From an uncultured Bacteroidales bacterium (GTDB lineage Bacteria; Bacteroidota; Bacteroidia; Bacteroidales; Bacteroidaceae), in the NCBI GenBank assembly GCA_902787575.1, contig CADAGX010000013.1, forward strand, positions 172 to 64,171: 64,000 bases of DNA, given 5' to 3'. A model generated the notes under the pieces. The model did not search any database. It had not been told where the DNA came from and saw only the letters and a program-made list of their open reading frames with translations. Position numbers and translations under genes: made by a program. Numbering within the stretch: position 1 is the first letter of the stretch; every line of letters starts with the position of its first letter. Positions 36,447 through 44,951 of the stretch are shown here, piece after piece.

Positions 36447-37445
36447 TCAGAGTTTGTTGTTGCTGCCCAATACCTCCACAATCTTGTGGATGTACATTTT
36501 CTTCATGTTCTCGCGAGCAGGCTTCAGGTACTGACGCGGGTCGAAGTCGCCGGGCTTCTCGTCGAAGTGCTTGCGAATGGCGGCTGTCATGGCCAAACGG
36601 CTGTCGCTGTCAATGTTAATCTTGCAAACGGCGCTCTTGCTGGCTTCGCGCAGCTGCTCTTCGGGAATTCCCACTGCGTCGGGCAACTTGCCGCCATGGG
36701 CGTTGATGGTGTCCACCTCGTCCTGAGGCACGCTGCTGGAGCCGTGGAGAACGATGGGGAAGCCGGGCAGACGCTTCTCTATCTCGTGCAGAATGTCGAA
36801 TGCCAAAGGAGGCGGAACGAGCTTGCCCGTCTTCGGGTCGCGCGTGCACTGCTCGGGAGTGAACTTATAAGCGCCGTGGCTCGTACCGATGGAGATGGCC
36901 AAGCTGTCGCAACCGCTACGGGTAGAGAAGTCCACCACTTCTTCGGGCTTCGTATAATGCGACACCTCGCTTGCTACCTCGTCTTCCACACCGGCCAGCA
37001 CACCAAGCTCGGCCTCTACGGTTACGTCAAACTTGTGAGCATACTCCACAACCTTCTTCGTGAGAGCAATGTTTTCCTCGTAAGGAAGCGACGAACCGTC
37101 AATCATCACGCTCGAGAAGCCGTTGTCGATGCAGTCCTTGCACAGTTCGAACGTGTCGCCATGGTCGAGATGAAGCACTATCTGCGGATTCTCGCAACCA
37201 AGTTCCTTTGCATACTCCACAGCGCCCTGAGCCATGTAGCGCAGGATGGTGCCATTGGCATAGTTGCGAGCACCCTTGCTCACCTGCATGATGACGGGCG
37301 ACTTGGTCTCGACTGCTGCCTGCACGATGGCCTGCATCTGCTCCAGCGTGTTAAAGTTGAACGCAGGAATGGCGTAACCGCCAGCCACTGCCTTTGCGAA
37401 CATTTCACGGGTGTTCACCAGACCCAATTCCTTGTAACTTGTCAT
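36447..37445 (-). CDS. fba: Class II fructose-1,6-bisphosphate aldolase
   Basis: AFN...LEQ, LHLDHG and HGSSSVP motifs. The length is 332 aa. Confidence 0.95.
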   Translation of the reverse strand: MTSYKELGLVNTREMFAKAVAGGYAIPAFNFNTLEQMQAIVQAAVETKSPVIMQVSKGARNYANGTILRYMAQGAVEYAKELGCENPQIVLHLDHGDTFELCKDCIDNGFSSVMIDGSSLPYEENIALTKKVVEYAHKFDVTVEAELGVLAGVEDEVASEVSHYTKPEEVVDFSTRSGCDSLAISIGTSHGAYKFTPEQCTRDPKTGKLVPPPLAFDILHEIEKRLPGFPIVLHGSSSVPQDEVDTINAHGGKLPDAVGIPEEQLREASKSAVCKINIDSDSRLAMTAAIRKHFDEKPGDFDPRQYLKPARENMKKMYIHKIVEVLGSNNKL

Positions 37446-37469
37446 AATTCTTTTATTATTAAAAGGTTT

Positions 37470-38519
37470 TTAGTTCTTCATTTCCATCACAAAGTAAGTG
37501 ACCGTCGGCAGATGGTCGCTGAAGCCGTCGAGCCACACACCGCCCGCATGGGTGCGAAGCGGACTTCCTTTGTATTTTCCGTCCTGCTGTATTAGATAGT
37601 CGCGGCGGAAGATATGGTAGTTCCAAAGTTTCAGATGACGGTAATCCTTCTTACCTTTTGCATCTATGAGGTTGCGACTCATCACGATCTGGTCAAAAAG
37701 ATTCCAAGCGCCTTGGAAAGTAAGCGTTCCTTGCCCCTTTGAACGGAGCACATCCCACCAGGGATTATAGAAATCACCATCGCCCACATCTTTCATTTTG
37801 CGCTTCGCACCAAGGTATTTGGCCATAGAAGTATTGTCGGGGTCGTCGTTCATATCGCCCATGACGATGATGCCAGTGTGCTTGTCTGCCCGTCGGATGC
37901 TGTCGGTCAGATGGCGCACCTGCTTGCCTCCCCAGTCGCGAAACTTACCCTCGGCTGCGCGGCTCGGCCAGTGGCACACAATTACCGTAAGCGGGTCGCC
38001 GGCCAGCGTTCCCTGCACCGTGAGGAAGCCACGCGTGGTGTGCTCCGTGTCGCCGTTTTCATAGACATAGGGCTGCAGGAACCACTTCTCGGGCTTAAAA
38101 AAACGTGGGTTGTAAATCAGCGCGCAGTCCACTCCGCGCTTGTCGGGCCCTTCGATGTGAATGTACTTGAAGCCACGCTCTTTCATGGCAGGCTGTGCAA
38201 CCAAGTCGTCCAGCGCGCGGCTGTTTTCAACCTCCGACACGCCTATGATGCTGGCGCCGATGCCGGGCAACTTATCCGTACCCATGTCGAGCAGGACGCG
38301 CGACATGTTGGCCAGCTTGTGTTCGTATCTCAACTTGTTCCATCTGTAGGAACCATCGGGCAGGAAGTCGTAGTCGTTTTTTCCCGCATCGTGCAGCGTG
38401 TCAAACAGATTCTCCAGGTTGTAGAACCCCACAGCATACACGCCATACTGCCGTTGCTGAGCCCGCGCCCAAAAAGCCGCGAGCAAAAGAGCCAGCACGA
38501 AAAAGCCTATTTTCTTCAT
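37470..38519 (-). CDS. Secreted endonuclease/exonuclease/phosphatase (EEP)-family protein
   Basis: Signal peptide MKKIGFFVLALLLAAFWARA at the internal ATG 38519. Has the N.ENLFD start, GDMND and a C-terminal SDHLP motif of the EEP fold. Confidence 0.75.
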   Translation of the reverse strand: MKKIGFFVLALLLAAFWARAQQRQYGVYAVGFYNLENLFDTLHDAGKNDYDFLPDGSYRWNKLRYEHKLANMSRVLLDMGTDKLPGIGASIIGVSEVENSRALDDLVAQPAMKERGFKYIHIEGPDKRGVDCALIYNPRFFKPEKWFLQPYVYENGDTEHTTRGFLTVQGTLAGDPLTVIVCHWPSRAAEGKFRDWGGKQVRHLTDSIRRADKHTGIIVMGDMNDDPDNTSMAKYLGAKRKMKDVGDGDFYNPWWDVLRSKGQGTLTFQGAWNLFDQIVMSRNLIDAKGKKDYRHLKLWNYHIFRRDYLIQQDGKYKGSPLRTHAGGVWLDGFSDHLPTVTYFVMEMKN

Positions 38520-38561
38520 GTCTTTACTTTTAACCTTCAAGTTTTCTCTCCAATTCTTGTG

Positions 38562-38569
38562 CAAAGATA
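38562..38569 (-). promoter_or_regulatory. -7 box (TATCTTTG on minus strand)
   Basis: Lies 42 nt upstream of the EEP ATG at 38519. Confidence 0.4.
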
Positions 38570-38785
38570 GGGCAAATGCACGAAACGGCAAAAGAAAACC
38601 GCAGTTTTTATTCTTTGGCGAGCGAATACTTCTTCGCCTCGTCCTTCGCAATCGGCGGGAGGCTGTGTGCCAAAACCGCTACACGAAGAGTAAGCCCTAA
38701 AGGTCGACGCCCCTCGGAATACATCCCGCTACCAAATACGGCAAAGAAAACTGCACTTTTCTTTTGCCATTTCATGCTTTTCGAT

Positions 38786-38793
38786 TAACTTTG
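38786..38793 (+). promoter_or_regulatory. -7 box (TAACTTTG) with a -33 TTTG at 38763-38766
   Basis: Lies 32 nt upstream of the TonB-dependent transporter ATG at 38826, with a 19-nt spacer between the two elements. Confidence 0.5.
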
Positions 38794-38825
38794 CAGCATA
38801 TAAACTTAATTTAACTACCTTTTAT

Positions 38826-41390
38826 ATGAGAAAAAAGCTATTGCTATGGGCACTGATGAGCATCGCAGCGTCCCAAAGCTACGCCCAGACAGAAACGACG
38901 GAAACGGAGAAAGACCAGAAGCAGGACAATGCTGCCTTCGTTTTCACCGAGTCGCAGCTGGGCGAAGACGATGAGATGACGCAAAACGTCATCATGGTAG
39001 GCTCGAATACCGACGTCTACAAAAGTAATGTGGGCTACCTGTGGAGCCCCGTACGCTTCAAGTTCCGCGCGTACAACAGCCGTTACAACGACATTTACAT
39101 GAATGGCGTGCAAGTAAACAACGCGGAGCACGGACAATTCAACTACTCCACAATCGGCGGAATGAACGATGCAATGCGCAGCATCGACGCCACAAGCCCG
39201 TTTGAGGACAATAGTTTCGCCATGTCCGGCGTGGGCGGGAGCAACAACTACAACCTGCGGGCAAGCAACTACGCAGCCGGCAACAAGATTACGCTCTCGG
39301 GCGCCAACCGCAACTACACGCTGCGCGGCATGTACTCCTTCGGGACAGGCGTGTTGCCAAAGGGATGGGCCGTGTTCGGCACAGTTGGCTACCGCTGGGC
39401 CAACATGCAGACGGCAGCAGTGGAAGGAACGTTCTACAACTCCCTCTCCTACTTCCTCGCCGTTCAGAAGATATTCAACGACCGACACGCGCTGAATCTG
39501 TCCACCTGGGGCAACCCCACGGAGCGCGCACAGCAAGGCGCCTCGACAGACGAAGCCTACTGGCTGGCCAACGACCGCCAGTACAATCCCTACTGGGGCT
39601 ATCAGGACGGCAAGAAGCGCAGCAGCCGCGTGGTGAACAACTACGAGCCGTCGGCCCTCCTCACTTGGGACTACAAAATCAACGACAACATGAAGCTCAC
39701 CACGAGCGCATTTGCCAAGTACGCCATGTATAGCAGCACGAAGCTCAACTACAACGGCACAAATCCCGCGCCCGACTACTGGAAGAACTTCCCGTCGTAC
39801 AACTACGATGTTTGGGGAGAGACGGACGGCACGAACAACAACATCGATGCCTACTGGACGAGCTACAACTTCTGGAAAGGCGGACGCCACAATCGCCAAA
39901 TCAACTTTGACGAGTTGTACTTCGCCAACCGCCAGCTTAACAAGACCGGCACCGACGCTGTGTACTACATTCAGGCAAGACACAACGACCACTTGGCCAC
40001 AAACCTCAGCAGCACTTACAACTGGAACATCGATCGCAGCCGCAAGTTCACAGCTGGCATCCAACTTACCAGCCACAAGGGAATGCACTACCAGACGATG
40101 GAGGACCTGATGGGAGCTGAGAACTTCCACAACGTGAACACCTATGCTATCGGTACGTACCCTGCCAGCGACAACCGCGTGCAGTACGACCTAAACAAAC
40201 CTAACGGCCAAGTTCGTGAAGGCGACCGCTTCGGCTTCGACTACAACATTCTGGTGCAGCGTTTCAACGCATTCGCACAATACTCGCTCGACAAGGGAAT
40301 CGCTCATTCCTTCCTTACCGGAAAGATTGGCGGCGAGCAGATGTGGCGCGATGGCAAGATGCGCAACGGTCTCTGCGCCGACTACAGTTACGGCAAGAGC
40401 GGCAAGGCTCGTTTCCTCGACGGCGGCTTCAAGATGGGAAGCACGCTCAACTTGGGCGCCGGCAATACCATCACGATGGGCGTGGGCTACGAAACACGCG
40501 CTCCGCAAGCCAGCACTGCATTTGTCAGCCCCGAGATGAACAACAACTTCGTGGAGAATCTTAAGAACGAAAAGATGTACTCCGCAGAATTGAGCTACGC
40601 AGTGAACGTAAGCTGGCTGCAACTGAACCTGAACGGTTACTTCAGCCACACGTACGAAGGCACGGAATGGCAAAACTACTACGATGACAACGAAAACAGC
40701 TTCACATACGTGAGCATGACAGGCGTTGAGAAGAATTACTACGGTGCAGAGTTGGGCGCCAAGTTCCGCATCACCAGCAACTTCAGTGTGAATCTTATCG
40801 GAACCATCTGCGACGCAAAATACGTGAGCGACACAGATGTCCGCTATATGTTGAGCAACGAGGGCACAATGCAAGCAACGCGCTGCTTCAACAAAGGCAT
40901 GCGCGAAGGCGGCACACCGCTCACAGCCCTGAGCCTCGGCTTGAACTATCGTGTCGGACGCGGCTGGTACTTCAACTTGGCAGGCAACTATTACGACCGC
41001 ATCTACCTCTTCTACACTCCTGTTACACGTTTCGAGAGCACACAGCAGCTGTGGGCCCGAAACAACTACAACGGAGCAACGCTCGACAACGCCACGGGTG
41101 AATACATCTACAACGTTCCCGACCAGGCAAAAGGCAAGGGCGGCTTCATGCTCGACGCCAGCATCGGTCACACATTCTACGTGGCACACCATCCGCTCAA
41201 CGTAAACTTGATGCTCACGAACATCACCAACAATACAAAGATTACCACGGGCGGCTACGAGCAGAGCCGTATGAACTACAGCGTCAGCGACCAGGAAATA
41301 AACACCCGCACGTACAACTTCACTCGCAACCCCAAGAAGTATTACGCACAGGGCATCAACGGAATGCTGAACATCAACTATCGTTTCTAA
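38826..41390 (+). CDS. TonB-dependent outer-membrane transporter (no SusD partner)
   Basis: Signal peptide, a plug-like N-terminus (NV..VGS...Y.....L.S..RF..R), a long Tyr/Asn/Gly-rich beta-barrel and a terminal aromatic residue (...NINYRF). Confidence 0.8.
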   Translation: MRKKLLLWALMSIAASQSYAQTETTETEKDQKQDNAAFVFTESQLGEDDEMTQNVIMVGSNTDVYKSNVGYLWSPVRFKFRAYNSRYNDIYMNGVQVNNAEHGQFNYSTIGGMNDAMRSIDATSPFEDNSFAMSGVGGSNNYNLRASNYAAGNKITLSGANRNYTLRGMYSFGTGVLPKGWAVFGTVGYRWANMQTAAVEGTFYNSLSYFLAVQKIFNDRHALNLSTWGNPTERAQQGASTDEAYWLANDRQYNPYWGYQDGKKRSSRVVNNYEPSALLTWDYKINDNMKLTTSAFAKYAMYSSTKLNYNGTNPAPDYWKNFPSYNYDVWGETDGTNNNIDAYWTSYNFWKGGRHNRQINFDELYFANRQLNKTGTDAVYYIQARHNDHLATNLSSTYNWNIDRSRKFTAGIQLTSHKGMHYQTMEDLMGAENFHNVNTYAIGTYPASDNRVQYDLNKPNGQVREGDRFGFDYNILVQRFNAFAQYSLDKGIAHSFLTGKIGGEQMWRDGKMRNGLCADYSYGKSGKARFLDGGFKMGSTLNLGAGNTITMGVGYETRAPQASTAFVSPEMNNNFVENLKNEKMYSAELSYAVNVSWLQLNLNGYFSHTYEGTEWQNYYDDNENSFTYVSMTGVEKNYYGAELGAKFRITSNFSVNLIGTICDAKYVSDTDVRYMLSNEGTMQATRCFNKGMREGGTPLTALSLGLNYRVGRGWYFNLAGNYYDRIYLFYTPVTRFESTQQLWARNNYNGATLDNATGEYIYNVPDQAKGKGGFMLDASIGHTFYVAHHPLNVNLMLTNITNNTKITTGGYEQSRMNYSVSDQEINTRTYNFTRNPKKYYAQGINGMLNINYRF

Positions 41391-41426
41391 CAGGACACCT
41401 TATATAATTATAAAGACACAAACATT

Positions 41427-42254
41427 ATGAAGAAGATATTGATGACAATTGCTTTTGGAAGCCTTGTAATGGCTGGCTGCATGGACGGCGATTGGGACGT
41501 GCCGCAGTCCATCCAAGACAATCCTCCCTACGGCAACAACACGATAGAGAAGTACGAAGCGGCCAAGGTGATGACCATCGCTCAGCTGAAGACGGCTAAC
41601 AAGTCGGCCATCGAAGGCAACAGCGTGGCTGAAATCACAGACGATGTGCAGCTGCAAGTGGTGGTTAACGGCAACGACGCCGGCGGCAACCTTTACAAAC
41701 AAGTATCCGTACAGGACGAGACAGGCGGCATCATCATTGGCATCAACGCCACCGACCAAGCCGCTTTCCTGCCCGTAGGCCAGAAACTCCTCATCAACCT
41801 GAAGGGTCTCTGCATTGGCGGCTACGGAAAGCAGCCCCAACTGGGCTCGCTCTACAACGGCGGCATCGGCCGCATGGAACTCGAGACGTGGAAGCAGCAT
41901 GTGCGGCTCGTAAAGGACGATGTGGTGGCAGCCAAGGCAGACACCATCGATTTCAACCCGAGCGCTGACGTGATGACACAGACGGGACGCATCGTTCGCA
42001 TTTCTCCGGCCACCATCACGGGCGAAGGCACACAGACGCTGGCTCCCGAAGACGGCTCCGTTCGTCTGACCAACAACTGCGCCAACCGCACCATCAACGG
42101 CAACTCGAAAGTGGTGCTGCGCACCAGTTCCTACAGCGACTTCGCATCCCTGCCCATCCCCACCGGTCCCGTAGACGTTTATGGCGTTTGCACCACCTTC
42201 AACGGCACGTGGCAGATACTCATGCGCACCGAGACAGACCTTAAATCAGAATAA
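41427..42254 (+). CDS. Surface lipoprotein with an OB-fold-like domain (DUF5689-like)
   Basis: Lipobox MAGC. The segment VQLQVVVNGNDAGGNLYKQVSVQDETGGIIIG...GQKLLINLKGL.IG.YG resembles DUF5689 / tRNA_anti-like OB folds. Confidence 0.55.
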   Translation: MKKILMTIAFGSLVMAGCMDGDWDVPQSIQDNPPYGNNTIEKYEAAKVMTIAQLKTANKSAIEGNSVAEITDDVQLQVVVNGNDAGGNLYKQVSVQDETGGIIIGINATDQAAFLPVGQKLLINLKGLCIGGYGKQPQLGSLYNGGIGRMELETWKQHVRLVKDDVVAAKADTIDFNPSADVMTQTGRIVRISPATITGEGTQTLAPEDGSVRLTNNCANRTINGNSKVVLRTSSYSDFASLPIPTGPVDVYGVCTTFNGTWQILMRTETDLKSE

Positions 42255-42278
42255 CAAACAATAAAACATACACACAAA

Positions 42279-44375
42279 ATGAAAAAGATTCTCAAGACAT
42301 TGGCACTTGCCACATTGGGCATTTTCGCTCTGGCAAGTTGCGAAGACGTGCCCGCACCCTACGTCGTTCCGGGAAGTGGGAACGGCAGCAATGGAACTCC
42401 CAATGCTGACTACATCATCAATCAGACTTTCTCCTCCAGCCTCGGTACATTCCAGTCCGAAAGCGAAAGCGGTCAGATTGCATGGAAAGGTGACAGCCGT
42501 TATGGCGCAGTCGTTAGCGGATACGACGACTGGGACGGCAGCGGAACCAAGACAAACCAAGCTGGCGTAACTTATCTCGTCAGCCCGGAAATTGACCTGA
42601 CCGACGTAGACAGCGCATACGTCACCATCGAGCAGGCCATCAACTACGCCAAAAGCACATTGGCCGAAGACAACAAACTGATGATTCGTGTAGGCAATGG
42701 CGAATGGGTCGAACTCCCAATGAACTACAACGGACTGGGCTCCTCGTTTACTTACACAACACAGGACATCCAGATTCCGCAGGAATACATGGGCAAGAAA
42801 GTGCAGTTGGGTCTGAAGCACACGGCACACGACACTTACTCTTCCACATGGGAAGTAAAGAGCCTCAGCGTTTCCAAGGGACAGGCTCCCGTTGAAGAAG
42901 CACCGACGGGCAAGGAAGTGACTTGCGCCGAGGCTGTTGAACTGACCAACGCACTGGCCGATGGAGCTACTTCCACCGAGACCTATACCGTAACAGGTTA
43001 CATCACAGAAGTTGTGGGTGCTGTGAGCAACAACCAGCAGACCTTCTGGATGGCCGATGCAAAGGGTGGCGGCCGAGTATTCGAGGCATACTATGCAAAC
43101 CTGCCCGAAGGTGTAACAGAATTCAAGGCTGGCGCCAAGGTGAAAATCACAGGCAGCCTTACGAAGTACGTCAATAAGAATAGCGGTCAGGTAACTGCCG
43201 AAATCAAGAACGCCACAGTAGAAATCCTCGAAGATGGCGAAGGAGGCGAGACACCTGCGGGCACAGAAGTGACGTGTGCACAGGCCGTAGAACTGACCAA
43301 TGCATTGGAAGACGGCGCTACTTCGGCAGAAGTTTACAGCGTAACGGGTTACATCACCGAAGTTGTCGGCAACGTAAGCAAGAATCAGCAGACCTTCTGG
43401 ATGGCCGACACCAAGGACGGTGGCAAAGTCTTCGAAGCATTCTACGCAAATCTGCCCGAAGGAGTCACAGAATTCAAGGCTGGAATGAAAGTTAAGATTA
43501 CCGGCAACCTGATGAAGTTCGTCAAGAACGAGCAGGTTACGCCCGAGATTAAAAACGCCACTGTAGAGATTCTCGAAAACGGAGGCGACACGCCAACTCC
43601 CACCATTGAGGGCGGCACGATAGAAGACCCCTATACCGTAGAGGAAGCGCTGCAAATCATAAATGATGGCACGTACACAAGTGCAAAAGTGTATGTTACA
43701 GGCAAGATTTCGGAGATAAAAGAAATCAATACCGAGTATGGCAATGCGACTTACTTCATTTCAGACGACGGCACCAAAACTACACAACTGCAAGTTTTCC
43801 GCGGAACGAGCTTGGGCGGCGAGAAGTTCCAAGAGACAGACGAACTGGCGGTAGGCGATAAAGTTACCGTGTATGGAATACTTACGATGTACCAAAATAC
43901 TACGCCCGAAATTACAGGAAGCCAGCTATACGAGCTCAATGGAGAGATTGCAGGTGGAGGAAATGGTGGCAACGGAGGTAACGACGGAGACGCCACGTCA
44001 ATCACTTTCTCCGACAAGGGTTACACGAATGCACAGGACTTTGAAGGAAAAGATATTACCGTAGGAGAAGCCAAACTTACATGGTCTAAAGGAACTGGTA
44101 GCACCACTCCGAAATACTACGATACTGGTGCTGCAATGCGTCTGTACGGAGGCAACACGCTGACTATCTCGTCCAGCAAGAGTATTTCCAAAGTCGTCTT
44201 CACCTACAACGGCGCTGACTATACTCCCACTTCGGAGAGTGCTACCGCAACTCCTGGCTCGTACGATTTCAGCACACACACTTGGACAGGCAATGCCACA
44301 AGTGTGGTATTGAAGAACACGGCCAGCAAGGGACACTTCCGCATTGTTAGCGTAAGCATCACCTACGCCGAGTAA
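42279..44375 (+). CDS. Large surface lipoprotein: choice-of-anchor-J-like N-domain plus three tandem OB-fold (DUF6359-like) modules plus a C-terminal domain
   Basis: Lipobox LASC. The N-domain resembles the module in the Endonuclease I gene (..YLVSPEIDL..). It has two ~117-aa near-identical repeats and a third divergent copy (DPYTVEEAL...VYVTGKISEI...). Confidence 0.6.
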   Translation: MKKILKTLALATLGIFALASCEDVPAPYVVPGSGNGSNGTPNADYIINQTFSSSLGTFQSESESGQIAWKGDSRYGAVVSGYDDWDGSGTKTNQAGVTYLVSPEIDLTDVDSAYVTIEQAINYAKSTLAEDNKLMIRVGNGEWVELPMNYNGLGSSFTYTTQDIQIPQEYMGKKVQLGLKHTAHDTYSSTWEVKSLSVSKGQAPVEEAPTGKEVTCAEAVELTNALADGATSTETYTVTGYITEVVGAVSNNQQTFWMADAKGGGRVFEAYYANLPEGVTEFKAGAKVKITGSLTKYVNKNSGQVTAEIKNATVEILEDGEGGETPAGTEVTCAQAVELTNALEDGATSAEVYSVTGYITEVVGNVSKNQQTFWMADTKDGGKVFEAFYANLPEGVTEFKAGMKVKITGNLMKFVKNEQVTPEIKNATVEILENGGDTPTPTIEGGTIEDPYTVEEALQIINDGTYTSAKVYVTGKISEIKEINTEYGNATYFISDDGTKTTQLQVFRGTSLGGEKFQETDELAVGDKVTVYGILTMYQNTTPEITGSQLYELNGEIAGGGNGGNGGNDGDATSITFSDKGYTNAQDFEGKDITVGEAKLTWSKGTGSTTPKYYDTGAAMRLYGGNTLTISSSKSISKVVFTYNGADYTPTSESATATPGSYDFSTHTWTGNATSVVLKNTASKGHFRIVSVSITYAE
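42915..43590 (+). repeat. In-frame tandem duplication (2 x ~351 bp) inside the lipoprotein gene
   Basis: GAAGTGAC(T/G)TG(C/T)GC... restarts at 42915 and 43266. By eye the translated units are about four-fifths identical. Confidence 0.85.
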
Positions 44376-44462
44376 TCAAAAATGCGACGCGTCGTTCTGC
44401 TTGATGCGACGCGTCGCAAACGCTCAAGGCACGCGTCGCATCGGACACAGCGACGCGTGCCT
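44376..44462. repeat. Array E of the repeat family (4 ACGCGT cores exactly 22 bp apart)
   Basis: ACGCGT occurs at 44386, 44408, 44430 and 44452. Confidence 0.85.
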
Positions 44463-44468
44463 TTTTTA
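44425..44468 (+). terminator. Rho-independent terminator built from two inverted repeat units
   Basis: AAGGCACGCGTCGC, a 10-nt loop, then GCGACGCGTGCCTT, followed by TTTTAT. Confidence 0.65.
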
Positions 44469-44520
44469 TGCACCACAGCGATTTTTTTCAAAAAGGTTTG
44501 GTGGAAAGGAGAAAAACACG

Positions 44521-44528
44521 TATCTTTG
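44521..44528 (+). promoter_or_regulatory. -7 box (TATCTTTG)
   Basis: Lies 87 nt upstream of the rpmE2 ATG. Confidence 0.4.
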
Positions 44529-44615
44529 CACGCCGAATTGAATAAATTCAGACCATTACACATATAGTTACCAGCTATACGAAACCAAAGAATATAATTA
44601 AAACAAGCAAAAGAT

Positions 44616-44867
44616 ATGAAACAAGGAATCCATCCCGAGAACTACCGCCCGGTAGTATTCAAGGACATGAGCAACGGCGACATGTTCCTGAGCCGTTCCA
44701 CTTGCAAGACGACTGAGACCATCGAGTTCGAGGGCGAAACGTATCCCCTCGTGAAGCTGGAAATCTCCAGCACCTCGCACCCCTTCTATACGGGTAAGAG
44801 CAAACTGGTGGACACCGCCGGTCGCGTGGACAAGTTCATGAGTCGCTACGCCCGCAGCAAGAAGTAA
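44616..44867 (+). CDS. rpmE2: 50S ribosomal protein L31, type B (no CxxC zinc ribbon)
   Basis: [10 protein letters not shown]...HPFYTGK. It has only one Cys. Confidence 0.9.
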   Translation: MKQGIHPENYRPVVFKDMSNGDMFLSRSTCKTTETIEFEGETYPLVKLEISSTSHPFYTGKSKLVDTAGRVDKFMSRYARSKK

Positions 44868-44891
44868 ACTTTGGGGCTCAACGCATCACAC

Positions 44892-44945
44892 AGCCCTCTC
44901 CTGCCATCCCACACTTGGGAAACCGACGGAGAGGGCTTTTATTTT
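44892..44945 (+). terminator. Terminator-like hairpin between rpmE2 and the nuclease gene
   Basis: AGCCCTCTCC (44892-44901) pairs with GGAGAGGGCT (44928-44937), followed by TTTTATTTT. The 26-nt loop contains an inner TCCCA/TGGGA hairpin. Confidence 0.5.
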
Positions 44946-44951
44946 CTCCGC

